DNA of 61,987 bases, counting the filler, from Sphacelaria rigidula (taxonomy: Eukaryota): NCBI GenBank assembly GCA_964200075.2. It is 5 parts of 5 records of this genome, joined end to end, with 100 filler letters (N's around TTAATTAATTAA, not from the genome) between each part and the next. Parts side by side here need not be neighbours in the genome. Positions count along the whole stretch, not along the records: positions 1 to 12,320 come from CAXNAA020003890.1; positions 12,421 to 24,738 come from CAXNAA020003891.1; 3 more parts are not named here. One strand, 5' to 3'. A program made the position numbers and the translations under genes. Each line of letters starts with the position of its first letter. Within the stretch, counting starts at the first letter, position 1. The notes beneath the pieces were generated by a model. That model did not search any database and was not told where the DNA came from. It saw only the letters and a list, made by a program, of their open reading frames with translations. Below are positions 1-14,294 of this stretch, one piece after another.

Positions 1-250
1 GGGCCCAACGCCGGGGTCACCCTCCCTGCGGGGTTTTAAAACCACCCCCCCCCGACCCGTTCCCCCGCAGTAGGACTGCACATCTTTCCCCCCCCCCCCC
101 CTCAAGCAAGTTAGGGCGCGCCAACTATCAGCGAGTACACGAACATTATTGTGCTGCTTGTGCTTGCATTGTCACGGGGTGATCGTTGCAACGCTAAACA
201 AGCCGGGTTCATTCGGAGATACCCTACTTTTTTGCTAAAACAATTTCACC

Positions 251-3200
251 ATGAGCTACCACCAACAGCCGGAGCAAGCGCGTGGGACACGGCAAGGCCC
301 ACCATACCCCATCCTGGGTGCCAACGGTGGAGCGGCCGCGGCTGCAGCAGCGAGGGCGCCTGCCGCGGGCGTGTACGGAATGCCGCAGTACCAGCAGGTG
401 AGCACATTCTATCTATTTGCCGCATGGGCTTCATTTTAGCTGGGGTTGTGCAGCAGCAGCAACAGCAGCAGCGCAACAGTGAGGTATTTGGTGTGGCGGC
501 TTCAGTAGAAAATTAGACGGGTACGGGTGCAGACTGTATCTGCATACAATGTAAATGTAGCAAGTCTCTGCGCCTGCTGGTTTTGTTTTGCAACTGAGCA
601 CGATGGCGCGTCCCACTCTGCACTGCATATTTTTTCTGCTTGGGCAGTCAAACGCAACAACATTGCCAGGGTTGTTTATTTTGTGCTGCCCAGATAGTTG
701 AACTAGGTTTGAATGCCACATGGCAGGCCACATTCTTTTTCCTAGCGTCATTGTTGTGTCGCGTTCCCGCCCCGTCACCTTCGCCCTCAATCACCGTTGC
801 CGCACCATCGTCCCACTAGCGATCAGCTTATTGAGCCTACGCAACCTCAAAATACCTGTGCAATCAAATCAGGCCGAGGGCTACGGCGGACCTCCACCTT
901 CACCTGTAGTCGCTCAAAGCTGGGATAGGGGCTACGTATCAGGGCTAGACGAAAGTTACATGAGGCAGCAGGACCCGCAAGGCATTTTGCCTACCACAGG
1001 CACCCCGCTGGCTTCCGGCACCTCTGGCAGCGGAGAGACCCAGTTCTTGGTTTCTGGCGGGTGAGGAGTGTTTTTCATTAATTTTGCACTCTGAGAAAAA
1101 TGGATATACATGGGTCGTTCCACTTGAGTACATTATGCATGTGGAATAGCACAGGTGGTACAACTGTAGATCTTTTCGTGGCGCGCGCAATAATGTACAC
1201 AACATAGAATTATCCTTCTCCTGAAGATGATGTGCATTTGGGTCCCCATACGCGCAACGGTAGGTGTGAAACTGCGGTGTATTTTGGCACAGAATCCCAC
1301 TCCGTCCCCCTCTGTCCCGGCGTCGGGATTTCGGCATCAAGCCGTCTGGTCTTGTGCTCCTGCGTGCACATCCTCTTGCTGCTGTGCTGGGACTGGACTG
1401 GGATGACCCGCACCATCCTCTGTTCGGCCCAGATACCGTCTGGTGGCGTGGGGTTGTATTCACAATCCTTGCGGATTTTGGTGATCGAAAACAACTTGCT
1501 TTTTGAGAACGCCCCTTGAAACAAACAGCTGAAACTTTTCACGAGTCTTCAGGTCTAGTAAAAAAACCCTCTCGTGCTTTTTTTCCACCCCCGTCCGCCC
1601 CTGCCTGCCTGCGCCTCTTGCCCGTCACCCGCCGTGCAGCGGTGCCAACGCTATGGGAGCACCTCTCCAGAGTTACTACCCCCCTTCTTTATATGGAGTC
1701 CCTGCATCAATGTATCCCTTTCCTCCACAAGCCGGATTCCACGGGCAGTACGCTGGAGGTGGGGCAGGCGGGGCTGGCGCGGCGGGTAGTGCTGGAGCAG
1801 GGGCCGGGTCCACTGCCGCGGGAAATTTTTACGGTGTGTCATGTTTTTTTTCTCTGTTTTTCTTCAGCTTCTCTCTGCGATCAATGTTCATTGCCAGTCG
1901 TGCCGGAGGATGATTGCTTGCCAGTCGTCTCCGCCGAAGCACAAACATGCTTCGATACGCGGCGTTTGTGTCAGAGAAGACCTCGTTGGTCGTGGAGCGA
2001 GTCAACTGGCGAGGAGCGCCGTGCAAGTCTTGCACGATGACTGCTCCTTTGTTTGTTCATTTTGCTGATGTTGGATCACATCCCGTGGTTGATGGGGCGG
2101 GTGTAGGCCGAAAAATGCCAGCGCTTGAGCCATGACTACCACAAGACCGTCTGCCAATCTCTCTGCGGTGCTCATCGCTCTTCCGTTGGACTTGGCCAAC
2201 CGTTTGAGGAGCACTCGTTTTTTCTGGTGTCGTTCGTGAGCCGTCAAAACCATGTTGCAGGAGGATGGGCGGGCGGTGGTGGTACACATGACCGATTTTT
2301 ACCGTACTCATGAAGATTCAAGATTTACGAAGAAGGATGCCCACATTTCTTGTGACTATACAGATGTGTAGCATATTAGCTCACCTGTCCATCCACGGCA
2401 TGGCGATTTTCGATATCATGAACGGCCTCTGAAAGCATGTAGCGTCAAGTGTCCGGGGCATGGTCCTTGCGTGGTCCTGCCTGCCTGTTCGGTATGGTAC
2501 TGCTGTGTTACGGCGTTGTTTGAAAAGAAGCAGTCTCTCCTCGTGCCCGTGGTTTCCTCCGGCGCATGATGCCACTGCTACCTCCTAGTCCAAACTGTGA
2601 GGAGCACGATAAGAGTTGGAATAACCACATGAGACGAGACGTTCCTAACGGCTAAAATGTCCCTCTTCTCGCTGTCCTTCTACCCATCAACGAATCATTT
2701 CAGCCCCAACATTATCTTGATGCCTCAGAGGCGCCCATCTTGACGTTGCAGTCATATGTTGTGTCTAGGAACCGCTTTTATAGTCCACAATAATGGAGAT
2801 GAACTGCTTCGTGTTGAGGGCTGTGAACCGACGTGTGTTACCATCTTGTTCCACACCCGAGTTTTTGGTATGAGGAGGAATTTTGTATGACTATTCTTCA
2901 CTTCTGACCTAGGTTTGAATCAAAACCCGCTTTGCACCCGATGCTCCGTCATCATTTCCATGACGTCGACTCTTCCCCGCGTTTTTTCTTCCTGCGTGGG
3001 TTTGCTTAAGGACACCGACACCCCATGCATCCTCACTCTGCATATCAATGTTGCCACGGTGCTGTACTTGGTGTGCGTTGTGTGCTCCACAGGTCAGGGC
3101 GGGTATGCGAGAAGCACCAACCCCGGCCAGCCTATTCAGACTACGACAAACCTGCAAGGTCTGTGTGAAACTGACTGTACGACCGCACATGTCGTGCCCT

Positions 3201-6200
3201 CATGTTCGGTAATTTTGCAAAGCAGATGACGCGGTTCATCCAAAGTAGTAACCGTGCTACAGTAGCTTTGGGCTCGAGGGCATATTGGGCCGACGTGACA
3301 TGATGGGATGCCTGACTTTTCATGGTGACAGTGGGGTAAGTTCTCCATCATTCTCTCTTCCCTTTCCCATGATCAACCAAAGTTTTAACAACGCTGTCAT
3401 CCGCAGCCTCAAAATGATCGTAGTGTAGTGGACTGTGATTGCCTTTTCCCCCCATCCTTGTCGCGACGTGTGGTGTCGCCCTGTGGCCAAGGGACGATGA
3501 CGACTGCTTTGATTTCTCGTTCTTCTCTGCATGACGTGGTACGATCTGTTGTACTCAACGTGGGTGAATGAAGTTTTTTAGATATTCATTTCGAGCGTGC
3601 TATGCGTGTCGCGTTACGCCGTCGTTGCCCCGTACATAACCATCTCGAGCGTCTGGAGTTCATTTTCACTATTTTGACATTGACCGCAGATCGGGGTCAC
3701 ACGCTCCCAATTTTGTTTCGCTCGAGGAGGTATTTTCCGTGAAGTGGACGATGCCCGTGAGGTTAAGAGCTTGAGCTTTGTGTTACGTGTTTTCACAGCT
3801 TTAAATTTATTTTGGAGCCAGTCTGCTTCACGCGGTGCTGCAGTGACGTGATTTCCGATTGTACTAAAGTGCGGAATGCCAAGTCCAGCGATTCCTCCGC
3901 AGTCACGTGACCGTAGTCCTTCCTGCGTTTTGCCTTTCCATGTCCGTGCAAATGTGCTCGATCAAGGTATATAATACCACTGCATTGATGGAGAAAGTAG
4001 TCACGCGAGCATCTCGACCGTTGGTATTGTCGAAGGTTTACCGACAAGGAATGCACGTGGCAGAAGCCCCACATTTTGCAATCACAACGGAAGTATTGTG
4101 CTTGTTGTTTTTCCAACCCCTCCCTCCACCTCCCCACCCCCCTCCCTCTCTCGCACGTCCTCTTCCTCTGTCATTGTTCGCCATACTTGTATCTCAAATG
4201 AACAAACAGGCCCCGATGGATGTAATCTGTTTGTATTCCACATACCCAACACCATGACCAATGAGGCGTTGTTCCGCCTTTTCTCTAAGTTTGGGAATGT
4301 CATCAGCGCGCGCATCATGGTCGAGAAGGCTACCGGAAGGAGCAGAGGATTTGGTGAGAAACACGTGGTCGATGCCTCGTTCATAAAATTGGAGTCATCA
4401 TCCGACCGAGTCTCTTCGTTTGGAACTGGCTTTTTGATGTCACGGCTTGATATGTGGCTGCCAGACTGGTTCTCGCTTCAGTAGCTCAGCCCCCCTGATG
4501 ATGTGCAGACATGCCCTGCATCCTCTCGTTGGCGGGTTCCGTATTTGGCATGGTTGATGCGTCAGGATTCTGTCAGATCAAGCTCCGATGTGCCTTGGAC
4601 CGGTGGTATCATTCGTTTTATCCGGAGATTATTCCATTGCCAAATAATCACCTCTTGGGTCCCAGACCTTCCACACGTTTCGATTTCGGAAAGACCCGAC
4701 ACAATTTTTTTCGTACACTGTGCTCCACCGTATATCATGAAGTCAAAGAACGTTTCTTTCCATAGCGACCAAGATCAGACTCAAGACGAACACCGGTATT
4801 GAACGGCAGTTTTCGATTCAATGACAGCATCTGGTTGGCTCGGTTTTATTATTCGCTTATCCCCGGCCTGCGTCCTTCGTCATGCCTCATAAGCTGTCAA
4901 CTTTCCCCTGTATCATTCTCCTTCCTCGTATGCATGTGAGCGACTTCTTGTGCTCACCCCAGGTCGGGCATTTTTTTTGGAATCTTGTTCATTCAAATTT
5001 CAGAGTTTTCCGGTAGCTTTGGAAAGGTACACTCCTCGCGCCCATCTTCGCAACTTTCCATGGTTGACAGATACTTTCACAGCCAAGAGATGCTGATCCC
5101 CCAACAGATACAGTACCCTAAACTCGATGAATTCAGAGGACTCTCGAAGCACGAGGGCGACAGTGTTATTTCTGACACTGCAAAGTGTGCGTCCGGACAG
5201 ATGGAGTTCAAGCAAGTATCGGAGCAAAGACAGACGTGTTCTGCGTGAGAGTGTTCGCTGTCAGCGGTTGTGTGGCACTCTTGAGTTTTCGCCGCAACCG
5301 GTGTGATGATCCTGACTGAACTCAGAAGTATCAACCATGTAACTTGGAGATGGCCAATGTTGAAACCCTACTAGACTCTGCGCATGCGCCGGAGTTTCGA
5401 CCGTTCGACTGTTCGTACATGACAGTCGGCGGGGCCCGTCACATCAACTGGAACGCCTCGCTGAGACGGTCCGTGATTTCCACGTTGCCGGGCTCGGAAT
5501 GTGAGAATGCAGTAGTCAGACGCAGTACTACTGACTTTCCAAGCGATACATACCTTTTTTGATGAGAAATCTGTAACACATCGAGCGAGTATGGATTCCA
5601 ACTCTAGGGTGCATGAAGAACTGCAAATCATTGGGGATGAGTATGAACGCGATTGGCGCGGACAGAACGGAACGGCCGCATTTGGTGCTGCGCCGGAAAT
5701 GCTTGAATATCTTCTGCCCCTCATGTTGATGACATGACCAGGTCCATTCGGAGTTTTCTGTAACGTGTCAAAGTCGGGTCGCTGATTTATCTCTAGCCTT
5801 CCCACGTAATCCCATCCTTCGGGTGCAGCAAATGTCCGTTCGCCATGAACTTTGAGCCCGACACAAATGGTTCGAACATCTTGCCTATCTTGACTTGCCG
5901 GCTTGCATGCTTTGTTTTGCAGGTTTCGTTTCATACGACAACCGCGACTCCGCCGAGAAGGCCATCTCCCAGATGAACGGTTACCAGGTGAACAAAACTT
6001 CGGAGTGGAACGGTAGCGTCGTAAAACGTCGCAAATGATCAGCAAGGGCTGTAAATCATTCGAAGCGCGTTCAATACCTCCTTTATCGTACGTTTCCTAC
6101 TCATGTATATTTCTTGTGTCCTGTAAGGATTGAAAAAGGCGAGGGGCAACTTGAGCTGGTTCAGTAGCTGAATGTGATGGAGTTTCCGGAAACATGATTC

Positions 6201-7346
6201 ATCTCAGATGTAAAGTTGTCGATTCTATGGTGCACGTGGGATCAAACAAATGGGTCCTGGGACGTTTTTGTTGTATCCATCGTATGCGAAACGGCTCTGT
6301 TAGACATCCCTGTGCTCGAATGAGCATGAGCCCCTGCGTTGGATTTGTTAACGCCACTCGGCGTACTCAACTGGACAAGATGAAGGCATGAAGTGCGTCG
6401 CTTGCCTTCGCTGGGGTGTGGTTTGCCTCTTCAAGCTCTCCCGAGCGCCCTCTTACGCGGGGCTGCGCCCTATAACTCTCGGAGTACGGAGGGATATGAT
6501 CGAGACACATCAATGCAGGTTATTCATCACACACCGGACAACGGATTACAAAAGAAAAACGTGTCGTGTACACCTGTTGACTATTTTGTGCCTGGTGCAA
6601 TATACAAGGGTTACTGTATCCAGTACGTTTTTGACAAGATGATCTACTGTCCGGGTTGTGTTTGCTATCCATTAGGAAGTAAATGTTTCGAAGGCTCATG
6701 GCTGTGAGAGTGTAAGACCTGTCAAATCTCATTACTCCGATGATTTGAGGGCCAACTCATCACCCCCCACCATTCGACGTGAACAGTGAAGAAGAGAAGA
6801 ATCTTTGTGTTGCCCTCCCTTCTGTGCGACGTCGGCTAGTGCGGCCACAAATACCGGAAGGTGCAGGCCGGCGTCCCTAAGAGATGAGACACCACACACA
6901 CGCACCTTGAAGGTGGTGGGCTGTTTTGACGTGGCAGTCGTGATCCAGCCGTGTAAAGGGGAAGGAGAATGCCGCGTGGGCCAACGTGATCGTCACAGAC
7001 TCGTTGTACCGACATGTCGTACGGTGGACCGGTCCGCACGTTGTTCGATTTTTGCGATAGTTTCGATGTCGAGCACTCACCATCTTGGATGACACCCGCC
7101 TCGCTGCCTATGGATCCCCTGTTTCAGATCGAACACAAGAGACTGAAGGTGCAGCACAAAAAAGACAAGGAGAGGGACAGGTACGTCGGGGCACCTTCTC
7201 CTACGCAGAGGCTGATGGGCGCGGCGGGAGGCGTCGTGCCGGCTGGTAGGGTGCAGCAAGCCCCTCACTTCCGTCAGCCTCTTCTCCCTCAGCACGCGGG
7301 ACTGCGACACCATGGGGTAAGGGGGGACGGGGAATTGTTTTATTGA
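251..7346 (+). CDS. CELF/Bruno-like RNA-binding protein with one RRM3-type domain; exons 251-397, 873-1060, 1640-1833, 4210-4353, 5923-5987, 7128-7346 (318 aa if the last exon runs to TGA)
   Basis: All introns are GT..AG and phases join in frame (957 nt). Joined RRM reads [85 protein letters not shown], matching CELF RRM3 (GPxGxNLFIxHxP, RNP1 [14 protein letters not shown]). In-frame TAA at 236 precedes the ATG. The 3' end is uncertain because alternative donors exist at 7181 and 7317. Confidence 0.88.
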
Positions 7347-8367
7347 CCGGCGGTTGCGTCTGCATGCGGTTGGTTCGGTTCTTGATATTCTTCCATTGAA
7401 GGCACACGCCAGCATCAAGTCGGTGCATTGTCGGAAGGCGATAACTGAAGTGCCCGATGTATACTGTTGTATATCGTGGTTGTTTTATTGTGACTGTGGT
7501 CAGCGGTCTACCGTCGTTGCAAGTACCGTTAAGCGAAGTGTTGGTTCGCGCGCGAATCCGGAGAATTAATACAAGATATTTGCTTCTCTTGACTGGAATG
7601 TGGTGATTCAACGGCGAAGCAGTGAGGATTATCGCCGTGAACCTCGGAAACTTGAACCGGTGCATGAAAAGCTGGGCCACAGCAAGTCCTTCTTCCCTCC
7701 CCCTCCCCCATCCCCCCCGTGGGACACGAATTGAACAGTTCATCCCAGGAGGATCGTCCCCGTAAAAAGCCACCCATTCGTGGAGCTTCGAGCGCCATCA
7801 AACTGGCAAACTAGGATTCGTTCGAAAATAATGACTGAAGAACAGTAGAATCTTCTTCGCACATACCAAAAGTCACTCTCCATAAGAGAGAATGGGCAGG
7901 ACCCGTGTTTTCATAGCAAAAACAAGGCGACCCTTGCGCTCGAGGTTTCGTGCACAGATATCAGCACAGTAATGCTCTGCATGTTTCGTACGAAATTAGC
8001 GAGGATGCGCAATGTGAATTGAACGAGCGACGGTCCCAGCGAGCGGGATTTGCTCGAGTTGGATCAATGGCGGGCTGTCGTAGTATTCGACATCAAACGT
8101 ATTTTAGACCCCGCGTGGTGTGCGCCATTTTTTCAGGGATGAGCCGGTTGTCAAACCCTACTCGTGGAGCATGCCGATAGGAGGGGTGTAGATTCCCGCC
8201 AGCAGGTCGAGGGAAATCGAACGCGAAGTAATGGCGAGTGCATATTTTAATCCTCCCGAACTCCTCACTATACGAGCTTCTGCTATAACAGCGAGGGCTT
8301 GTGCGCAGGACGAGCACGCCGCCGTTATTCCATAAGTATCACTCACGTGTCAACTTTTTTATTTCAG

Positions 8368-8466
8368 TCGACGGCGGGGGAAGCGGCAAGTTCCTCAAAA
8401 CTCGAGCACGGAATCACGTACCGCTTCCATGTCATGCGGCGCCTACAGGACGTACACCTCAAAATG
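8368..8466 (+). other. Possible additional 3' exon of the CELF-like gene
   Basis: T-rich acceptor ttttttatttcag, donor gtgcgt, open in all three frames; no recognisable homology. Confidence 0.25.
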
Positions 8467-11400
8467 GTGCGTAACGCCGTCTAGATAACCCAGTTCGGCA
8501 GCAGCTCAGCGTGTTGACCGTGTGTTTGCATTTCAACTGGCGCGATCACAAAAGCTGTTTTGCGCTGTCCAAATATTACTGTTGCGAAGCGGCATTAACG
8601 CACTCCGGCCATAGCCTTCGCATGAACATCTGACGCGTGTCACATTTGCGCCGACGACTTTTTGACGTCGTTCCCATTAGCGGATATTTCCAATCCTCGT
8701 TCAGGGAGGCAAAAATAGAGCCTCCGGCCGCACGCCGTATGTACCTCCCGACGAGAGGCACTGAACCAAGCAGGAAAGAGCGCAGGGCATGCCAAAAAGA
8801 CAGGGTTGGGATACGTTTCACAGTCTGAAGCAGAAGACGCGTTGCCGTCCTCTTTGATGTGGAGTGCATCCTGCCTCATCGCAGCCACTTGGCTATCGTT
8901 AGCATCACCATTCACATGCCAATTTAACCAAGTGTAGTGTACGCGGATTCATTCTTACAAACGCCCAGCAACATCATAACGAGCAGAAAAAAAAGAAAAG
9001 GCAATGCTGGGTCTCAGCACAACTGATACCGCCCAAGGATGATGACGGCATCTTGCTGGATTGTTGCCACTGGGCCGCTCATGCCCCAGCCCGGTTTCAT
9101 ACGGAGAATGGTGCGGTTTTCCGTGGGTCAGTCGGTACTCGAGAGCACCCGGAATGATGGTCCAGGAATGCGCCTGTCGAGAAGAAGTTGCCATTTCTTG
9201 TCTTTTCCCATTTGACACCACATAACCTGTTTCCTTAGGGACCGGGCATTAATCACAAGGTGGACGTACCCGAGACTGACGATAAGGGATTGCCCACATG
9301 TGATAATTCACTCGTAACTGAGCGGGAACAGAAGACAAATTAGAACAAAGCAGAGATGAGGAAATGAAGGGAATAGCATGATCACGAGAGGGCTGTCAAT
9401 CCGTTGATGGTGGATACCTTGGGACTGACCCCTGTCAGCCGAAAATCATGGCGAATCAACAGCAGAAGAGATTTACACAATCAGAGGGGAAGTAACCGAG
9501 AAGAAAAGATGGTGCTGTGAAGTATTAGCTGCCGTAGCCGCACTTGACATGGTGATGGGTACGCGGAACAGATGGGCAAGCGGTGAAACACCGGCCAGCA
9601 TGAGGCCCATCACTATTGGAACAGATTTTTTCAAAAAGCGGAAATTTCTGGCACCGGCGAGTGACCTCATGACTCTCCAACGTCCACGAGTGCCATGGCG
9701 ATATGCGAGGCACCTCTCCGAAGTGCCGCGTTGTATTTTGAGCTTTGAAGAAATCAACACGCTTCGTTTTCGTGGACGTTTAAACGCAGATTCCGGAAAG
9801 TCCATACCCTGGACAAGAAGAAACACAGCCAAGAAGTGTACTGCGGACAGCATCGACTATTGCGCCTATTGCGATGTACGAGAGATTCCGTACTGTTCGT
9901 AGTGCTTTTTTTGACAACATGATGTATTGTCCAGGGTGTGGGGAAGTCCGAAGTATTCGACATCTCCGGAACTGTTTCGATAATTATCGGCCAAAACAAT
10001 CTGTTGAATCGATGAATCGGCATCATTTTCCACATGCAACATCAACTTTTCGACCGAGGAGATGGATCATGTGGCCATGTCATGATGATATTTTTCGAGT
10101 GAGTCTGATTCTGACTCAACATATTACCCTATGCCCACAGTCGAAAGGTCGAGGCATGATGGAGGTGTCCTCCTCGTCCTCATGGGGGTTGAGCCATCGT
10201 TGAAACATGTCAACACATTCAGGCCAGGCCGTATCTTATCAAATTATCACGTATCGAAAATGTGCGGTCGAATCTAATCTGCTCTTTCCTGACTCGTCAG
10301 CGCTATTTATTTTCTCAGATGGTTGTGATCATGGATGCCGTGGGCGTACCAGGTAGGAGCAAATTCGATTTACTGAGGTAAAAATGGTTGTGGGGTTGCT
10401 TCCTGGGGACCTCCAAATCCTGCCACCCATTTCGTTGGGGTGCGGGCTTATCAAATTATCGTGGCTTGCGGCTTCCGAAAGCACATCGTGTCAGTTCGCC
10501 CACCATCCACATCGTAAAATCAAGCTACTGTATTAAGAAAGATTTTCATGGTTGACACGACGTGTTCAGTTCGACTGTTGACTCTGACCACCAGACCGCG
10601 GGGGCAGTCCATCTGAATCGTGCATACTTTTTTCACGTGCAAATTGATGCCGATTCGGCAGGTGGCGAACCCTCGCAGTGGAACGGTTGAACCGTCAACC
10701 ACCGGGATATGTGGTCGGTTGATCTCAGCGTTCATGCACATCTGAAAAATGACCTTGGTCCATATGACAGACCCCGACCTTGAAGGGTAGTCTCCAGCAC
10801 CTGAAGTGTGCACCCTCAACTTGGAACAATCAGCCAAGCACGCCATCGTTTGCGTCGGACACTTGGCCCTCGGTGCACCCGAATGTGATGGACACTGACA
10901 TCAACCCTTGATTCGACAATGAAAAATCCTCACCAACTCATCGGGGAATGAGTGTTGCTTTTGCATCTCGTATTGCCGGTGAAGAGAGAAAAGACTGCAT
11001 GTACGTAGTATACTCCGATACGATCTCCCACGATCTTATCATCGCATGCCGCCCAGCTTGCGTCATACGCTAGACGGACCATTTCCGACATGAAAAAGCG
11101 CTTGGACTACTACTAGAATGTGCCCAGTTATTTGTCTCGAAAGGTCAAAACCCCCAGGCCGTCTATTGGACCGGATCTTGACGGTATCAAGAAAGGTAGA
11201 CATGGAACGGGCGTCGAAAAGCAGCACGTTGACTGATCGATGTCCAGTGAGGTCTACGGTAGCAAGCGGCGATTCATCAGGGTGCTGCTTTTGAGTGTTG
11301 GATGCCGTTCGCGCGTCTTTTTCGGCCGCGATAAGCGGTAAAGTTGACGTACGTTCCCGAGTTGGTTTTGTATTGGTGGGGGCATAGAAAGCCGGAACCC

Positions 11401-12320
11401 TGATGGGGGCCGGCTCGTAGCGTTCGTCAAGCGCGATTTCGCATAAATGATCGCCCCAGGCCCATGTAAGTCCCGCAACGTGTACCTCACCTGGGAGACA
11501 CTTTGCACCCCACTTCAGGATTATCCGCATGCCTTGGTTGTGGTGAGGGTCTCAGACAGCTGGGGTGGGTCATCTGGTCATGTATCACTTGGGTTGAGGG
11601 TTAGGGTTGACCCTTGGACCGCGAGAGTGGGACATCAGGTTATGCAGTAATTTTTTAAGTAAAACATATACTGATTTCGTACATGATCCATGTCCGCAGT
11701 CGAAGGGTCAACCCTTGAAGTCCTTCACATCAGGAGGGATTTTTCCTCCGTCGGAAATCCCGCTTCGAAAGGGTATCGGCTCCGCAACGACCAATGTTGA
11801 GTCTTGCCGAGACTTGGTTTTGTGCGGGTCCCCCAGGTCTGTACGCAGGTTTACAAATGCGGCGGGTCTAGAGGTGGTCGTTAGTCCCAAGGCCTTTGTA
11901 ATCCTGCATACATGACACCACCAAGGCAACGGAACACCTTCACACCGAGCCCTGAAAACGTGTCGTTGTTACCGTTTGTAAGCGTCTGTTGTGCGCTCGT
12001 CTCACACAAACCATCATCTTTAGATGGGTTTTGAACAGTTTTGGGCGAGGTCACGCGCAACGTTTTCAGCTGAATATCAGCTACGGCCCGAGCTTCATGT
12101 TTTTGGTTCGCGGGTGTACGGAGTTCCCCAGGTTCAGCTCTGATCGTGTTGGGTTGAGTTATGAGCTTTGGCATGTACCCCTGTCAACGGGACATGTAAG
12201 TTCTCCTTCGAGGATTCGGGGAATCTTCATTCATCAACGGGTGTTCTTCCCCCCCCCCCCCCCCCCCCCCCCCCCACGCTCTCAGCGCGCGGGAGTACAC
12301 CCGGCGGCGCCGCCCTTATA

Positions 12321-12420
12321 NNNNNNNNNNNNNNNNNNNNNNNNNNNNNNNNNNNNNNNNNNNNTTAATTAATTAANNNNNNNNNNNNNNNNNNNNNNNN
12401 NNNNNNNNNNNNNNNNNNNN
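12321..12420. other. Artificial contig linker
   Basis: 44 N + TTAATTAATTAA (stop codons in six frames) + 44 N. Confidence 0.98.
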
Positions 12421-14079
12421 GCGAGTCCGGAAGCGCGAAAAGGGAGATTTCCACCAGGAATGTGCTGTAGCATGGGTCGAGCCAGATGTGGCCACAGCAA
12501 TAGCGGCGGAAGAGGAACGGTCCCTATGGAGTATGCTGTACGCCGATGACGCCTGCATCGTCTCGCGGACACGATCGAGCCTAGAGAAGATGATGACTGT
12601 GATTGTGACGATCTGCGGAGAGTTCGGGTTGACCGTGTCGGAAGCAAAGACGAAGACCATGCGACTACACTCACAGGCCGGGCACCTCGACATCAATGCG
12701 GCTGGTCAGGTATACGAATAGAGAACTTTGTTTACCTGGGGGGGTCAATTACGGAGAGTGGCGACCTCTCGGTGGAAATCAACAAGCGCGTACGAGGGGC
12801 ATGGTCGAGCTACCATAAGTACAAAGTCCAACTGCACAATCGATCGAATGCGGCCGTCCACCTCAAGGTCCGCATGATCAAAGCCGAGGCTGTCGAAGCA
12901 CTCCTGTACGGGTGCGTCACATGAACCCCTCCCAGCGGTCACTACAGTACATTGCGCACGGCCCACCATGCATTACTCAGGCGCTGTCTTGGATGGCACA
13001 AGCGCAAGCGCAATCGCACAGACCACGTTCTGTCATACCGAGAGACCCTCGCAAGGACAGGGTGCGAAAGCATCGAGACGATGGTGAGGAAGAGGAGACT
13101 CCATTTTGCCGGTTTCGTCACGCGCATGTCACCCGGACGGATACCAAAACACGTCATGTTCGGTGAAATTATAGCCGTGAAGGGGCAAAAAAGAGAGTTT
13201 AACGGCAGACACAAGGATTGGATCCGCTGCCTAGCGGAAGACATGAAGGCGTTCGGTATCGAATGGCAGGGGAGGATTACCAGAGCCTTGAATGCAGTAG
13301 AGTGGCACAGCTGTGTTGAACAGGGAGTAGAAAGGTTTATGACGGACTGGTGCCAAAAGGATGACGCAGAGGCAGCGATACGGCACGCGAAAGGTGCAGG
13401 CCAAGATGCACCGACAGCACCTGGGACCGACAGTACCAACAGCAACTCATCATAGCCTACGCCAGATACGCAGGGCATGTATTTGGCCCCCATCTCTGCT
13501 TTGTTTCATCTTTTGTTCCTGGTGGTTTCTTCTTTGTTTGTTTGCTTTTGTTTCGTCTGTGCTTTCCCCCCCTTCCCCCCCCGCCGCCGGAACGAGCCTG
13601 GCTCTGTCTTCTTGTCTACTGTATTCCCATTTTTTACGTTCTACTATTATTTTCTTTCTTTTCTTTCTCTCATTTTTCTCTCATTTTTTTTATGTTTCCC
13701 CTTTTTGTTTCTGATTACGAGCTGGAGTGTTGCAATCGGCTACGTAATGCGCGATCTTTTTTTTTGTCTTTGTTTGTGTTTGTGTTTGTGTTTGTCGTTA
13801 TTTTTGTTGTTACTGCTGCTGTTTTTTGTTCCTGTTGTTGTTGTTGTTTGTTGTTGTTTGTTGTTGTTGTTACTCGTGGTGGTGGTGGTATTTTTTTGTT
13901 TTTTGGTTCTTATCGCTGCCCCCTTTCTTCCCTTTCTGAGGCCGTTGCTTCTGTCGTTTTTCTGTTCCTTTCTTTTTCTTTTTCTTTTTTATTATTCTAT
14001 TCTATTTTTTGCTGCTCCTGACCACAGGCTGGATTGTTGCAATCAGCTAATGTGAGATAATAGAATCAATCAATCAATC
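12421..14079 (+). mobile_element. RTE-clade non-LTR retrotransposon, 3' part (RT C-terminal half, thumb, T-rich 3' UTR, (CAAT)n tail), frameshifted
   Basis: LYADD motif, GLTVSEAKTKTM, FVYLGG, EALLYGC, RRLHFAGFVTRM..RIPKHVMFGE. The element ends in aatcaatcaatcaatc, a short tandem tail typical of RTE elements. Confidence 0.9.
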
Positions 14080-14294
14080 GATCATTATTGTAATGCGTGA
14101 GAGGACCGCGTGCTTAGAGGACCGCGCCGTCGTTCATAACACCTCAGGATCGACGTTTTTCAAAACCAATCGAGCCAGTCCTTGCAGGTACCACACCCCT
14201 GACCATAATCATAACTCCAACCCTAAACCACAGGGATGTTCAAATTCCGATGCGGTCCTCTAAGCACGCGGTCCTCTCACGCATGAAAATGATC
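14080..14294. mobile_element. MITE with 33-bp perfect inverted repeats
   Basis: atgcgtgagaggaccgcgtgcttagaggaccgc at 14093-14125 and its reverse complement at 14252-14284; outer termini GATCATT...AATGATC; degenerate telomere-like hexamers inside. Confidence 0.85.

Noticed and set aside
5371-6045. 224-aa minus-strand ORF
   Set aside because: Antisense to the CELF-like intron and exon 5, with no recognisable motif.
6620-9960. Repeated peptide FDxMxYCPGC at about 6630 and 9910
   Set aside because: Short nucleotide-level dispersed repeat in non-coding context; the protein similarity does not extend.
11590-11612. Telomere-like TTAGGG repeats (also near 14200 and 49350)
   Set aside because: Only 2-4 degenerate units; not a telomere.
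12365-12376. TTAATTAATTAA palindrome as a biological site
   Set aside because: Synthetic linker repeated identically four times between N runs.
13477-14055. Very hydrophobic 192-aa and 159-aa ORFs resembling membrane proteins
   Set aside because: They are translations of the T/GT-rich 3' UTR of the RTE LINE.
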